DNA of 64,000 bases from an uncultured bacterium (GTDB lineage: Bacteria; UBA8481), in NCBI GenBank assembly GCA_964499705.1, contig CAZCME010000004.1, positions 62,001 to 126,000 on the forward strand. Direction: 5' to 3'. Both the position numbers and the translations under genes were made by a program. The notes beneath the pieces are model-generated. The model saw only the letters and a program-made list of their open reading frames with translations, was not told the DNA's origin and searched no databases. Of the stretch, positions 8,529-17,988 are shown piece by piece. Position 1 is the first letter of the stretch. Each line of letters opens with the position of its first letter.

Positions 8529-9525
8529 CAAGGCTTTCGTAGGCCTGGACGACTCCATCCGCGTGCCGGCCCGGATCAAACCGGGCTCCATAGCCCTTCA
8601 ATTCCTCCGATGTGTGCGACGGCGAATCCAATTCCCGGATGATCGCATCCGCCCACGACCTCCGGTCATCCGGAAGCCAGGGATCGCTGAGCGGCGATAG
8701 AACTTCGATGAGCCCGCCGACGCGCCGGGCGAGAACGTTCACGCCGGACCGGAGAGCTTCCGCGGCGACGCGGCTGAAGCCTTCCACGAGCGAAGGAATA
8801 ACCACGAGATCAAGTTCGCCCACATGGTCGGCCATATTATCCACGACGCCGAGCCGTAAAACAGACGGACCGCGGGAATCCGCGAACGCGCGAATCGCAT
8901 CGCCGATCCGGCCCGAATCGTCTCCGGCGAAGACGATCTGGATATCCGACCGGCGTTCCAGCACTTCCCCCAGGACAGGCACGAGATCGAGGTGCCCCTT
9001 TTCCGGAGTCATCCGCCCGATCACTCCGATCCGACGGGAATCCGGCAGAAGCGGCAGCGGGATCGGCGCGGGGCGCGGCTCGCGAACTCCGTTGTAGATG
9101 ACGCGCACACGAGCCCGTCCGGCAAATCGCTGCGCGGTCGCGCGCGAATTTGCGATGACGAGATCCGGCAGACGCATGAGAAAAGGATCCATCTTGTCCC
9201 GCGACGCGACGCGCACGTGCCAGATAAGAGGCTTATGCGCGCGGGCCATGAACGCGGCCATAAGCCCCCTGGCTCCCGTCGCATGGACCAGTTCCGCCTC
9301 CGCCGCCAGAGGACGCAGTCGGCGCGCGGCATCCGGAAGGGCTTCCGGAATGATTCTCACGTCCAGTTTCGCATCGCGCGCGGCATCAGCGAAGTCTCCT
9401 TCTCCGGGCACAGCGACGACGGGCTGCAATCCGCGATGATCCAGCTCCCCGGCCAGCTCAAGCAAACCGAGCTCGCCGCCGCCCACGATACGGGCGAAAT
9501 TGGCTAGGAGGAGCGGTCGGACCAA
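8506..9525 (-). CDS. GT4 glycosyltransferase (start approximate)
   Basis: VGGGE; IGRMTPEKG; PSLVEGFSRVAAEA. Confidence 0.85.
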   Translation of the reverse strand: MVRPLLLANFARIVGGGELGLLELAGELDHRGLQPVVAVPGEGDFADAARDAKLDVRIIPEALPDAARRLRPLAAEAELVHATGARGLMAAFMARAHKPLIWHVRVASRDKMDPFLMRLPDLVIANSRATAQRFAGRARVRVIYNGVREPRPAPIPLPLLPDSRRIGVIGRMTPEKGHLDLVPVLGEVLERRSDIQIVFAGDDSGRIGDAIRAFADSRGPSVLRLGVVDNMADHVGELDLVVIPSLVEGFSRVAAEALRSGVNVLARRVGGLIEVLSPLSDPWLPDDRRSWADAIIRELDSPSHTSEELKGYGARFDPGRHADGVVQAYESLVRSSPPA

Positions 9526-10310
9526 GGGCGATCTGGAGGTTCCGGCGGATGCTCGCGATATTTCGCGCGCGCCTGGCGAAACGCCTCGGCATCCGCGGTA
9601 ACCTGGCGGACCTTCAGCTTCAGGAGCCAGCCGAGGCAATTGACGAGCGTGGACGACCGGAGCGACGACGTGCCGAATTTCCGATCCTCGTAGATATAAG
9701 GAACTTCGCGCACTCGAAAACCGCCGCGGATGACTCGGTAGAGCACTTCGCCGACGATGGCGGGACCGTCCGCATGAAGATCGTCGAGCCCGATCTGCTG
9801 CAGCACCTGGCGTTTGAAGACCCTGTAACCCGCGGTGCAGTCGTGAACGGGATAACCCATCAGCGTGCGCGTCAGGAGATTCGCGCCCTTGGTGATCGCG
9901 ATGCGCCCGACGCTGCGATTCACTTCGCCGCCGCCCCGCACAAGGCGGGATGCGATGACAACATCCACGTCCCGGACGGCGCGCAGGAGAATGGGAATGT
10001 ACCTGATCGGATGCGAGAAATCCGCGTCCATCTCGACCACGATGTCCGCATCCATCTCGATCGCGCGCTTGAAGCCCGCGATTCCGGCCGAGCCGCGTCC
10101 TCTTTCCGTGGTGCGCAGAAGCAGGTGCACAAAGGAAGAATGCTTCGCCATTTCCGCGACGACTTCATGCGTGCCGTCCGGAGAATTATCGTCGACGACA
10201 AGCACGTGGATTCCCAGGCCTAGCCCGATGATCTGCGGCAGAAGCAGCGTGATGTTGTCCCGCTCGTTCCATGTCGGAAACATGACGACCACTTTTTGAG
10301 GCGACGTCAC
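9504..10310 (-). CDS. GT2 polyprenol-phosphate mannose synthase-like glycosyltransferase
   Basis: PTWNE, VDDNSPDGT, MDADFSH, DCTAGYR; GTG start overlaps the upstream stop. Confidence 0.92.
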   Translation of the reverse strand: MTSPQKVVVMFPTWNERDNITLLLPQIIGLGLGIHVLVVDDNSPDGTHEVVAEMAKHSSFVHLLLRTTERGRGSAGIAGFKRAIEMDADIVVEMDADFSHPIRYIPILLRAVRDVDVVIASRLVRGGGEVNRSVGRIAITKGANLLTRTLMGYPVHDCTAGYRVFKRQVLQQIGLDDLHADGPAIVGEVLYRVIRGGFRVREVPYIYEDRKFGTSSLRSSTLVNCLGWLLKLKVRQVTADAEAFRQARAKYREHPPEPPDRPWSDRSS

Positions 10311-11398
10311 CTTGCCGGCGTTCCCACCCGTTGCATCAATCGCTCCATCACCGCCTCCGGCCTGATGTCCCTCATGCAGCCCGGCCACCGGGAACACGCT
10401 CCCTGGTAACACGGCCCTTTTCCGGACCTGATCGCCTCGCCCCGGCCGAACCATTCGATCTCGGCGGGCGTCGTCGAACAGAAGAGCCCGATCGTCGGTG
10501 TTTTCACGGCAAGCGCCACATGCATGGCCAGTGAATCGCATGTCACCACACCCGCGGATGTCGCAAGCGTTTCGGCGAAGATTCCGAGCGAGGCCGGCGG
10601 CAGCGATTGCGCTCCGGCGCGACCCGCATAATTCTCCAGCAGGTCCCGCTCGCTTTCTCCGCCGACGAATACAGGCCGGAACTCCGTCCGCCTCAAGAGC
10701 CCCGCCAGCTCGATCCAGCAGTCATCGGGCCACGCTTTCGACGGCCATCGCGGGCCCACTCCGATATTCAGGGCGATCACTCTGCCGCGAGGCGCGTTCA
10801 CGGGCGCCGAGGACAGGGATGGAATTTCGAGCTCGTACTCCTCGCCCGCATAATCGAATCCCGCCATTTCAAAAATAATCTCAGGAACCGTTTTCCTGTT
10901 CTCGCGGAATTTCAGATCGTCATCGATGCCGAGCCGGAGGGCGTAGTTCGAATTCTCGTCGAAGACCGTCAGCCGGCCGGATTTCATCCTGGCAAAACCG
11001 CGCTTGTCGTCGCTCCGGGCGAGCATGGCGATCGCCAGCGCTTCAGGCGCCTTATCGAGCGAAAAGACCGTGTCGAAGTCCTCCGTCATCGCCAGGGCCA
11101 TGGCTTCGGGGCCGAAGACCACCAGACGATCGATGTTCCGCGCGAGCGAAAGCACTTCCCTCGATGCCTTGTCGCAGATCCATGTGATGTCATCATACCC
11201 TTCGGCGCGCAGGCGCGATAGAACCGGCGTTGTGCGAAGCGCATCGCCGGGAGCCCCGAACTTGACGATGAGCGCGCGACGGCGAAGCGGGGAGAATTCA
11301 TCGCAGTCCCAGCAGACTTTCCTCTTCACGCAAGGGAACTCTCCGCGGTAATGCGCGCAGTCGAGGTTGGGCCGGCCGAAGGGAGCCTCGCTCTTCAT
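10307..11398 (-). CDS. GT9 (heptosyltransferase-like) glycosyltransferase
   Basis: GAPGDALRTTP; SKAWP; TCDSLAMHVALAVKTPTIGLF. Confidence 0.9.
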   Translation of the reverse strand: MKSEAPFGRPNLDCAHYRGEFPCVKRKVCWDCDEFSPLRRRALIVKFGAPGDALRTTPVLSRLRAEGYDDITWICDKASREVLSLARNIDRLVVFGPEAMALAMTEDFDTVFSLDKAPEALAIAMLARSDDKRGFARMKSGRLTVFDENSNYALRLGIDDDLKFRENRKTVPEIIFEMAGFDYAGEEYELEIPSLSSAPVNAPRGRVIALNIGVGPRWPSKAWPDDCWIELAGLLRRTEFRPVFVGGESERDLLENYAGRAGAQSLPPASLGIFAETLATSAGVVTCDSLAMHVALAVKTPTIGLFCSTTPAEIEWFGRGEAIRSGKGPCYQGACSRWPGCMRDIRPEAVMERLMQRVGTPAR

Positions 11399-12870
11399 GG
11401 GTTCAGGGCCGATGCACGATGAATTTCGTAGATCCTCACCTCCGGAAGGATAGCAGACGTGAAGGCCAGGGAAAAGGTGGAGGTATCCACCAGGAGCGGA
11501 TCGAGATAGCGGCTCGCCGCATGAATGCCGATGACATAATCGTCCCGAATGACATAGCGCAGGCGCGGATGGCTCCAGATCGCGGCGTCAGGTTCCGCGG
11601 GATACCCCGTAGAAACGCGGCCGGTATAATACCAGACCGCGGTCGCTTTTCTCGCCAGCACAAGATCGTCCTCGCGCGCGTGTTCGTCGATCCACTCCAC
11701 GGCTTCCATGTAGGCGGCGTCATCCCTCGGAATCGGCTCCGCCAGCGCCAGCACGCATCCCGCCAGGGACAAGGCGGCCAGAACAATCGACGCATTGATC
11801 CGGTGCCGCGGGGAGGACCAGGACAGGAGAAAATACCCGATGAGGGAGGGCAATATCGCGTATAGATAACGGTCGGCGAAGACAGGATGGATGAGAAACA
11901 GACCCGCCGAGAATAAAACATACAGCTCCTCCACGCTCCAGGACCGGCTTCTGCATCTGCGAAAGAGACCCAAGGCGATCGCCGCTCCGGCCAGAACGCT
12001 GGCGAAGACCTTGAGCGCGAAGAGAGTCGTTCGCGGAGAGATGGGGCGGAACCAGGGGGCGAAGATCACGTCCGCGAGGACGCGACCCGCGTAGCGCGTC
12101 AGGTTATACGGAACGCGCCTGGTGATCAGATCGAACAGGGAGTAAGTGCCGGCCGAGGGATCGTAGATGTTCGCCGCCATGATATGATCGCGAATGTAAT
12201 CGCTCTGATGAGACAACTGCCAAAACCACCACGGGGACATGCCCAGGGCGACCAGCAGGACGGTTCGCGCTCCAGCACGGTATTGCCGTCGAAGGAAAAA
12301 TGCCAGGACAACCGCGGCCACAAGCGCAACGCCCGAACTCCGCGTGAGCCATGCAAAAACAAGCCCGAGGGGAATCAGCGGATCAAACCTGCCGGTCGAC
12401 GTCGAGGTCGCGTCCATCGCGCGCGCGAGAACCGCATAAGCCAGAGTCACGTAAAGTGATTCCGTCAGAATCGTGGTGGAATATTCGGCAAAGAGCGGTG
12501 AAACAAGGAAGGGAAGAAGCGAGAAGTATCCGGTATCCGGATCGCGAGCCCGGGCCACGGCGGCCAGAGGAAAGACGGCCAGGAGCGCCCAGCATGCCAC
12601 CCACAGCCTTGCCACTCCGATGCTGCCTTCCGGCAGTCCGGCCACGGGATAGAGCAGCAGGGGAAACAGGGGCGGATATTGCGTTTGCACCGGATGGTCC
12701 GGCACATTGATGGCACGATATTGGCCGGCATGCAGGGAGCGAGCCAGCGCGATGTAGGATCCATCATCACCCATCACCAGATAGATGCGCCCCGCGAGAA
12801 AGGAAAAAATCACGAAGACCGCGAGGACGAAGAGGGACCTCAACGGAACCCGTCGGGATCCTTCCGTCAT
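11395..12870 (-). CDS. Polytopic GT-C fold (ArnT/PMT-like) glycosyltransferase
   Basis: GDDGSY, YPPLFP, ILTESLY, DRYLY; many TM segments; located in a glycosyltransferase operon. Confidence 0.75.
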   Translation of the reverse strand: MTEGSRRVPLRSLFVLAVFVIFSFLAGRIYLVMGDDGSYIALARSLHAGQYRAINVPDHPVQTQYPPLFPLLLYPVAGLPEGSIGVARLWVACWALLAVFPLAAVARARDPDTGYFSLLPFLVSPLFAEYSTTILTESLYVTLAYAVLARAMDATSTSTGRFDPLIPLGLVFAWLTRSSGVALVAAVVLAFFLRRQYRAGARTVLLVALGMSPWWFWQLSHQSDYIRDHIMAANIYDPSAGTYSLFDLITRRVPYNLTRYAGRVLADVIFAPWFRPISPRTTLFALKVFASVLAGAAIALGLFRRCRSRSWSVEELYVLFSAGLFLIHPVFADRYLYAILPSLIGYFLLSWSSPRHRINASIVLAALSLAGCVLALAEPIPRDDAAYMEAVEWIDEHAREDDLVLARKATAVWYYTGRVSTGYPAEPDAAIWSHPRLRYVIRDDYVIGIHAASRYLDPLLVDTSTFSLAFTSAILPEVRIYEIHRASALNP

Positions 12871-13589
12871 TTTTTCAACGTGATCAGAAAACGATTCGCG
12901 AACTGCGCCGAAAGAAAAGGCTCCAACACGCGATTCGCTCCGGGAATCCGCGACAGCAGCGGGACATGGAATTCAAAATAGCGGAGCCTTGTGCGGAATC
13001 CGGCCTCGCGCAAACGGTGAAGCGTCAACCACGGCGTGGTGAGGCCGAAGTGATCCGGATCGACGAATTTGTCCCAGGCCGGCACCGGATCGTTTCGTCG
13101 GCCCGTCCACTTCTTGACCCGTTCGCCGTTCAATTCCCACCGCACGCGATTCAGATTCGGCGTATATACGATCCCGCGTCCGCCCGCGCGAACGACGCGG
13201 AACATCTCCCGGAAGATAGGTGCCTTGATCTCGTCCGGCGTGTGCTCGATGAAATCCGCATTAATGACGACATCAAATGCTCCGTCTCGAAACGGAAGCC
13301 GGAGCGCGTCACCACAGACGCGCGGCGTCGATACCCCGGCGAATTCCATGGCGGCGCCGCGACCGGTCCGGAGCACTTCCGCATCGCGGTCGAGCCCGAC
13401 AGGGCGGCACCCGGCCCGGAACGAATGAAACGAAAAAGTACCCGTGGCGCAGCCGAGGTCGAGAACCCGCTCGCCGGGCGAAAGTGCCAGCGCCTCCATG
13501 ACGCGCCGGATACGGCTCCGCCCCCATTCCGTTTTCGGGTCGAGATAAAAATCAATGATGTGCTTCAATGGTTCGCCCATCACGGACAT
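12867..13589 (-). CDS. Class I SAM-dependent methyltransferase
   Basis: VLDLGCATG; GDALRLPF; FIEH; TAATG overlap with the ispE stop. Confidence 0.87.
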   Translation of the reverse strand: MSVMGEPLKHIIDFYLDPKTEWGRSRIRRVMEALALSPGERVLDLGCATGTFSFHSFRAGCRPVGLDRDAEVLRTGRGAAMEFAGVSTPRVCGDALRLPFRDGAFDVVINADFIEHTPDEIKAPIFREMFRVVRAGGRGIVYTPNLNRVRWELNGERVKKWTGRRNDPVPAWDKFVDPDHFGLTTPWLTLHRLREAGFRTRLRYFEFHVPLLSRIPGANRVLEPFLSAQFANRFLITLKK

Positions 13590-14440
13590 TATGCGGCCAT
13601 GCCCCTGCAGGGAAAGATGAAGCGAGCGGATCCCTGAAGCTTTTCCGTCGCATTCAGGGCTTCGTCCTCGGAGCGGTAGATGCCGATGCACGTGGGCCCC
13701 GACCCCGATTGAAAGGCAGCCACGGCTCCGGTGGTCCGGAGCAGATCGATATATTTCTCGATTTCACGATACAGGGAAGCGGTCACCGGCTGGAGGTCAT
13801 TTCGAACGGATCCGGCGATCGCATCCAGATCATTGCTCGCCAGCGCCTTGACGAGCCTGTCGGAAGAATGCTCGCGGAAAGCCCGTCCATCCCGGGCCAG
13901 TCGCGTGAAAATTTCGCGCGTCGACACTTCGAATCCCGGATTCATCAGGACGAGATGCAGGTCGGCCGCCATCGGAATGGGTTCCACGATTTCGCCGATG
14001 CCTCGCACGCGCGCCGGCTTGCCCAGGAGACAGTACGGGACATCGGCGCCGAGCTTGATCCCGATGGACGCGAGATCCGATCGTCCCTCTCCGAGCAAAC
14101 GAAGCACGGCCGCTCCGTCCGACGATCCGCCCGCCAGTCCCGCGGAAAGCGGGATGCGTTTCTCGATCGTGATCTTGAATTCAGGCCTGATCTTTCTGGC
14201 AAGGCATGCAGCTTCCGCGGCCTTCCAGGCGATGTTTTTGGAGTCGGACGACAGGTTGAGGCGATCCTGGCCCGTATGATTGATCATCTTGAGTTCCAGC
14301 TTCCTGGATGGTTCCACGACGACCGTGTCGGCGAGATCGAGCGAGATGTTCACCATCTCGAGAAGGTGATATCCGTCAGGCCGGCGACCCCGGACATTCA
14401 GGAAGAGATTGATCTTTGCATGCGCGTACGTTTTCGACAC
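13589..14440 (-). CDS. ispE: 4-diphosphocytidyl-2-C-methyl-D-erythritol kinase
   Basis: AKINLFL, GYH, IPLSAGLAGGSSDGA, LGADVP, SGSGPT. Confidence 0.96.
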   Translation of the reverse strand: MSKTYAHAKINLFLNVRGRRPDGYHLLEMVNISLDLADTVVVEPSRKLELKMINHTGQDRLNLSSDSKNIAWKAAEAACLARKIRPEFKITIEKRIPLSAGLAGGSSDGAAVLRLLGEGRSDLASIGIKLGADVPYCLLGKPARVRGIGEIVEPIPMAADLHLVLMNPGFEVSTREIFTRLARDGRAFREHSSDRLVKALASNDLDAIAGSVRNDLQPVTASLYREIEKYIDLLRTTGAVAAFQSGSGPTCIGIYRSEDEALNATEKLQGSARFIFPCRGMAA

Positions 14441-14457
14441 ACTCGTATCATAGACTG
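14441..14457. promoter_or_regulatory. Putative bidirectional -10 element for leaderless ispE and nth
   Basis: TATCAT (+, 14446-14451) and TATGAT (-, 14452-14447), each 6 nt before a start codon. Confidence 0.5.
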
Positions 14458-15138
14458 ATGGCGATCCGAGACAAACTCAAAACCGCTCATGAAAGCCGGG
14501 CGCTGTCCCATCCGAAATCGGCGCGCGCGCGCGCGATCCTGGAGCGGCTTGCGAAGGAATATCCCGACGCGGGCTGCTCCCTGGATTACCGGAATGAATT
14601 CGAATTGATCGTCGCTGTCGTCCTGTCGGCTCAATGCACGGACGCCAAGGTCAATCGAACTCTGCCGGCACTCTTCGGCAAGTATCCGACCGCGCAGCGC
14701 ATGGCGAAGGCCCACATCCCGGATGTTGAAGCCATCGTCCACCCGCTCGGCTTGTTTCGATCCAAGACGAAAAATATCATCGCGCTGGCGGGCCTGATCT
14801 CATCGGGCGTGCCTCGGACCATGGCGGAGCTTATCAAGCTTCCCGGCGTGGGACGCAAGACGGCGAACGTCGTCCTGGGAGAGATCTTCTCCACGCCGGA
14901 GGGAATCGCAGTCGACACGCACTGTCACCGGCTGGCTCGCCGACTGGGCCTCGCGGAAACGGATACTCCGGAAAAAATCGAGCGGGAACTGATGACGATC
15001 GTTCCGAAAAAGCGCTGGACCATGGTGACGCATTATTTCATCGCGCATGGCAGGAGCCTGTGCAGGGCGCGACGGCCATGCTGCTCGCGATGCTGCGTGC
15101 GCGATCTCTGTCCTTCCGCCGGGATGTTTCCGGAATGA
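14458..15138 (+). CDS. nth: Endonuclease III
   Basis: LSAQCTD; HhH LPGVGRKTANV; VDTH; C-x6-C-x2-C-x5-C Fe-S motif. Confidence 0.96.
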   Translation: MAIRDKLKTAHESRALSHPKSARARAILERLAKEYPDAGCSLDYRNEFELIVAVVLSAQCTDAKVNRTLPALFGKYPTAQRMAKAHIPDVEAIVHPLGLFRSKTKNIIALAGLISSGVPRTMAELIKLPGVGRKTANVVLGEIFSTPEGIAVDTHCHRLARRLGLAETDTPEKIERELMTIVPKKRWTMVTHYFIAHGRSLCRARRPCCSRCCVRDLCPSAGMFPE

Positions 15139-15172
15139 GATCGGCCCTCCGGAATCATCGGGCGGCATTTCC

Positions 15173-16213
15173 ATGAGCCGGGGGACGCGCCTTGCGAACC
15201 GGGTCTTCACATCCGGTTGCGCCTTCCTGACACGCGCGCTCGACAAGGCGGCGGATGGCATCATCATCCTCAACTATCATTCCGTGGGAGACCCGGCGGC
15301 GCAGGGTATTTTCCCAGGCAACGCCCTGCCCACATCGCTCTTCAGGAAAGAGATGAACTTCGTCAGGAGATACTGTCATCCGATGTCGCTGGATGAAGTG
15401 GAATTCTCCCTGCAAAGTCCGTCACCTCTTCCCCGTCGTGCTGTCGCTGTGACATTCGATGACGGCTACAAGGGCGTCATGGACGAAGCGCTGCCGATTC
15501 TGAAGAGCCTCGGTATCGTCGCCTCCGTATTTCTCCCGACGGATCTCATTGCAGAGGGCCGCGACAAGTGGGAAGACCGACTCTCGGCGGCGGTGCTCAC
15601 CACTTCGGCGACCAGCCTTTCCGTGGAGATCCCCGGTCAAGGCTTTGAGCTCTGTCCGCTGCCTGATCCGGCATCCCGCCATGCCCTGCTGAGGCGAATC
15701 TGTCTCCCCCTCTCCCGCCGCCCCTCGCCGGAAACCGAACAACGTGTCGACGAGATCGTGCGAGCATGCGCGGCTCCCCCCGCTCCGCGCTCACTGCTGT
15801 CTCCGGAGGAAGTCTCGTCCCTGGCCCGGAACGGATTCCTCCTGTTCGGTAGCCACTCCGCCGGCCACCGTCCGCTCTCCTCGCTCGATGACGATGAACT
15901 TCGCGACGATCTGCAAAGATCGATTCGCCGCGTTTCCGAATGGACGCGAAAAGAGTGCGCGCACTTCGCCTATCCGTTCGGCGGAAAGGATGAAATCGGT
16001 CCGAAGGCTCCCGAAATCCTCAGGCAATCCGGCATCACGTTAGCCCTGACGACCTGCGAGGGCACGGTTCGAAAGGGAGACGACAGGCATCTGCTTCGCC
16101 GCGTCCTCGCTCATCCGGACGATTCTTTCTCCCGTTTCACCCTGAAAGTGCTCGGCGGACACGACGCCTACATTCGAGCTCAGGCGACACTGCGATCCTG
16201 GGCGCGCTCATGA
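15173..16213 (+). CDS. Polysaccharide deacetylase (CE4/NodB) family protein
   Basis: ILNYH, VTFDDGY, GSHSAGH, FAYPFG. Confidence 0.9.
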   Translation: MSRGTRLANRVFTSGCAFLTRALDKAADGIIILNYHSVGDPAAQGIFPGNALPTSLFRKEMNFVRRYCHPMSLDEVEFSLQSPSPLPRRAVAVTFDDGYKGVMDEALPILKSLGIVASVFLPTDLIAEGRDKWEDRLSAAVLTTSATSLSVEIPGQGFELCPLPDPASRHALLRRICLPLSRRPSPETEQRVDEIVRACAAPPAPRSLLSPEEVSSLARNGFLLFGSHSAGHRPLSSLDDDELRDDLQRSIRRVSEWTRKECAHFAYPFGGKDEIGPKAPEILRQSGITLALTTCEGTVRKGDDRHLLRRVLAHPDDSFSRFTLKVLGGHDAYIRAQATLRSWARS

Positions 16214-16219
16214 CACAGA

Positions 16220-17263
16220 TCAATAAAGGTCGGAATCTCCCATAGTAAGAAGCCACTCTTCAAGGCTCAGGGCTCTCAGATCCTGGCGTCGCCTGGAAAT
16301 CCATACCAGGAGCCTTCCATGCACACCCGCAACGCGCCTGAACTCCAGACCGGAGAAGGTCCGTCTCATGAGAGCGTTCGTGGAATCCCACGAATAGATG
16401 GCGGAAGCTCCGCGACGACGCGCTTCTCTCAGAGCCGACGACAGGACGGCTTCCTCCGAACCGGCCGCGACGCTCAGGTCGATCAGATTCCATTTATCCG
16501 GATGCGATCGATCCACCGCGAAAACGACATATCCGCATTTTCTTTCGCCGCGGGTCGCTCCCAGGATCTCATAACGTCGGAGCGGATCCTCCCTGAATCG
16601 AAAATTAAGGTAGTGAGGATCGCGGACGGTCGAGATTCCCTTTTCCGGACCAAGCGTCGGGAAAATGAAATCCTGAGTGAACTCGTCGATCGGAGACAGG
16701 ATCACGTCCGATCCGGGCAGAGGATGCGCGAGCGTCCAGGCGAAATCGCCCGCCTTCGCCGCCATTCCCGCCCAGCGGCCCCATTTTCGAGCCGCGACCC
16801 GCGAGGGAAGAAGAGGACGCTTCACGACAGGCATCACTCCCAGGTCGATGCACCCCATCCGCCTGTACCAGGGAAGCGAGCGAACGTCGCCGGCCTGGAA
16901 AAAGAAGACGACGTCGAGTCCGCTCTCTTCGGCGAAGGAAAAACATTCCGCGGAGATGCGCGGAAACACTCCTCGTCCGCGGTACGCCGGAGCCACGACG
17001 AGGCAGGAGGATTGACCCGCCGGTATCCGATCGCCTCCGGTCATCATGAGATCGTGGCGCGCGATCGCCTGATGCGCGATCGTTTCGGCGCCATGGCGGG
17101 CGGTGATGCAAAGACCGGGGCCATGCGGCGAGCGATGAAAAAACCACCGATAATATTCGAGCGACATCGCGCCGAAATGCTCGTTCAGAACACGGACGCA
17201 TTCTTCCGCGTCCGTTTCGCCCGCGCGGAAGAAAGTCCACCCGGTCGAATCCGAAATGCTCAG
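16220..17263 (-). CDS. GNAT family N-acyltransferase (start uncertain)
   Basis: YYRWFF...PHG; VAPAYRGRGVF motif A; RDPHYLNFRF; C-terminal MGDSDLY. Confidence 0.8.
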   Translation of the reverse strand: MSISDSTGWTFFRAGETDAEECVRVLNEHFGAMSLEYYRWFFHRSPHGPGLCITARHGAETIAHQAIARHDLMMTGGDRIPAGQSSCLVVAPAYRGRGVFPRISAECFSFAEESGLDVVFFFQAGDVRSLPWYRRMGCIDLGVMPVVKRPLLPSRVAARKWGRWAGMAAKAGDFAWTLAHPLPGSDVILSPIDEFTQDFIFPTLGPEKGISTVRDPHYLNFRFREDPLRRYEILGATRGERKCGYVVFAVDRSHPDKWNLIDLSVAAGSEEAVLSSALREARRRGASAIYSWDSTNALMRRTFSGLEFRRVAGVHGRLLVWISRRRQDLRALSLEEWLLTMGDSDLY

Positions 17264-17988
17264 GCGGAAAATCCTCCGTCCACCGCGATGACCTGGCCCG
17301 AAATGAAGGATGCGGATTCCGATGCGAGAAACAGGACAAGGGGGATCACATCGTCGGGCACTCCGAGCCTGCCGGCGGGCGTGCGGCGTATGACCTGCTG
17401 ACGCTGCGCGGGCGTCAGTCCATGCGTCATCTCCGTATCCAGGAATCCCGGCGCCACGGAATTCACCGTGATCCCTCGATCCCCCAGCTCCCTCGCCAGA
17501 CTGCGGGTCAAGCCGTCGAGCCCGGACTTGGTGAGCGAATAGACGGAGAGCCCGCGAAATCCCGTCTTCCCCGCCACGGACGTGATCGTTATGACTCTCC
17601 CCCATTTCTCAGGAAGCATTTCCCGGACGCAGGCGCGCGTCAGCAGAATCGTTCCTCGCAGATTCGCCTCGATCATCACGGAGATATCCTCGTCCTTCTG
17701 CGTGGCCAGGACTCCGTCGCGCGCGATCGCCGCGTTATTGACGAGGATATGGACTCCGCCCCATCGTTTCCGGACGCTCTTCACGAACTCCTGCACTCCG
17801 CCCGGATCCGCGAGATCGACGGGAGCGAAATGGAAACGGGCCGAAAGAGACGCATCAGCGAGCAATCCTTCCACGAACGGCGACGATCTGCGGCTGAACG
17901 CCGCGACGCTGTAATTCGCATCCAGGAGCGCCTGGACGATCGACTGTCCGAGCCCGCGCGTGCCGCCGCTGACGATGGCAATCTTCAT
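17260..17988 (-). CDS. FabG-like SDR (3-oxoacyl-ACP reductase family)
   Basis: SGGTRGLG, NNAA, YSLTK, VAPGFLDTEM, VDGG. Confidence 0.92.
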   Translation of the reverse strand: MKIAIVSGGTRGLGQSIVQALLDANYSVAAFSRRSSPFVEGLLADASLSARFHFAPVDLADPGGVQEFVKSVRKRWGGVHILVNNAAIARDGVLATQKDEDISVMIEANLRGTILLTRACVREMLPEKWGRVITITSVAGKTGFRGLSVYSLTKSGLDGLTRSLARELGDRGITVNSVAPGFLDTEMTHGLTPAQRQQVIRRTPAGRLGVPDDVIPLVLFLASESASFISGQVIAVDGGFSA

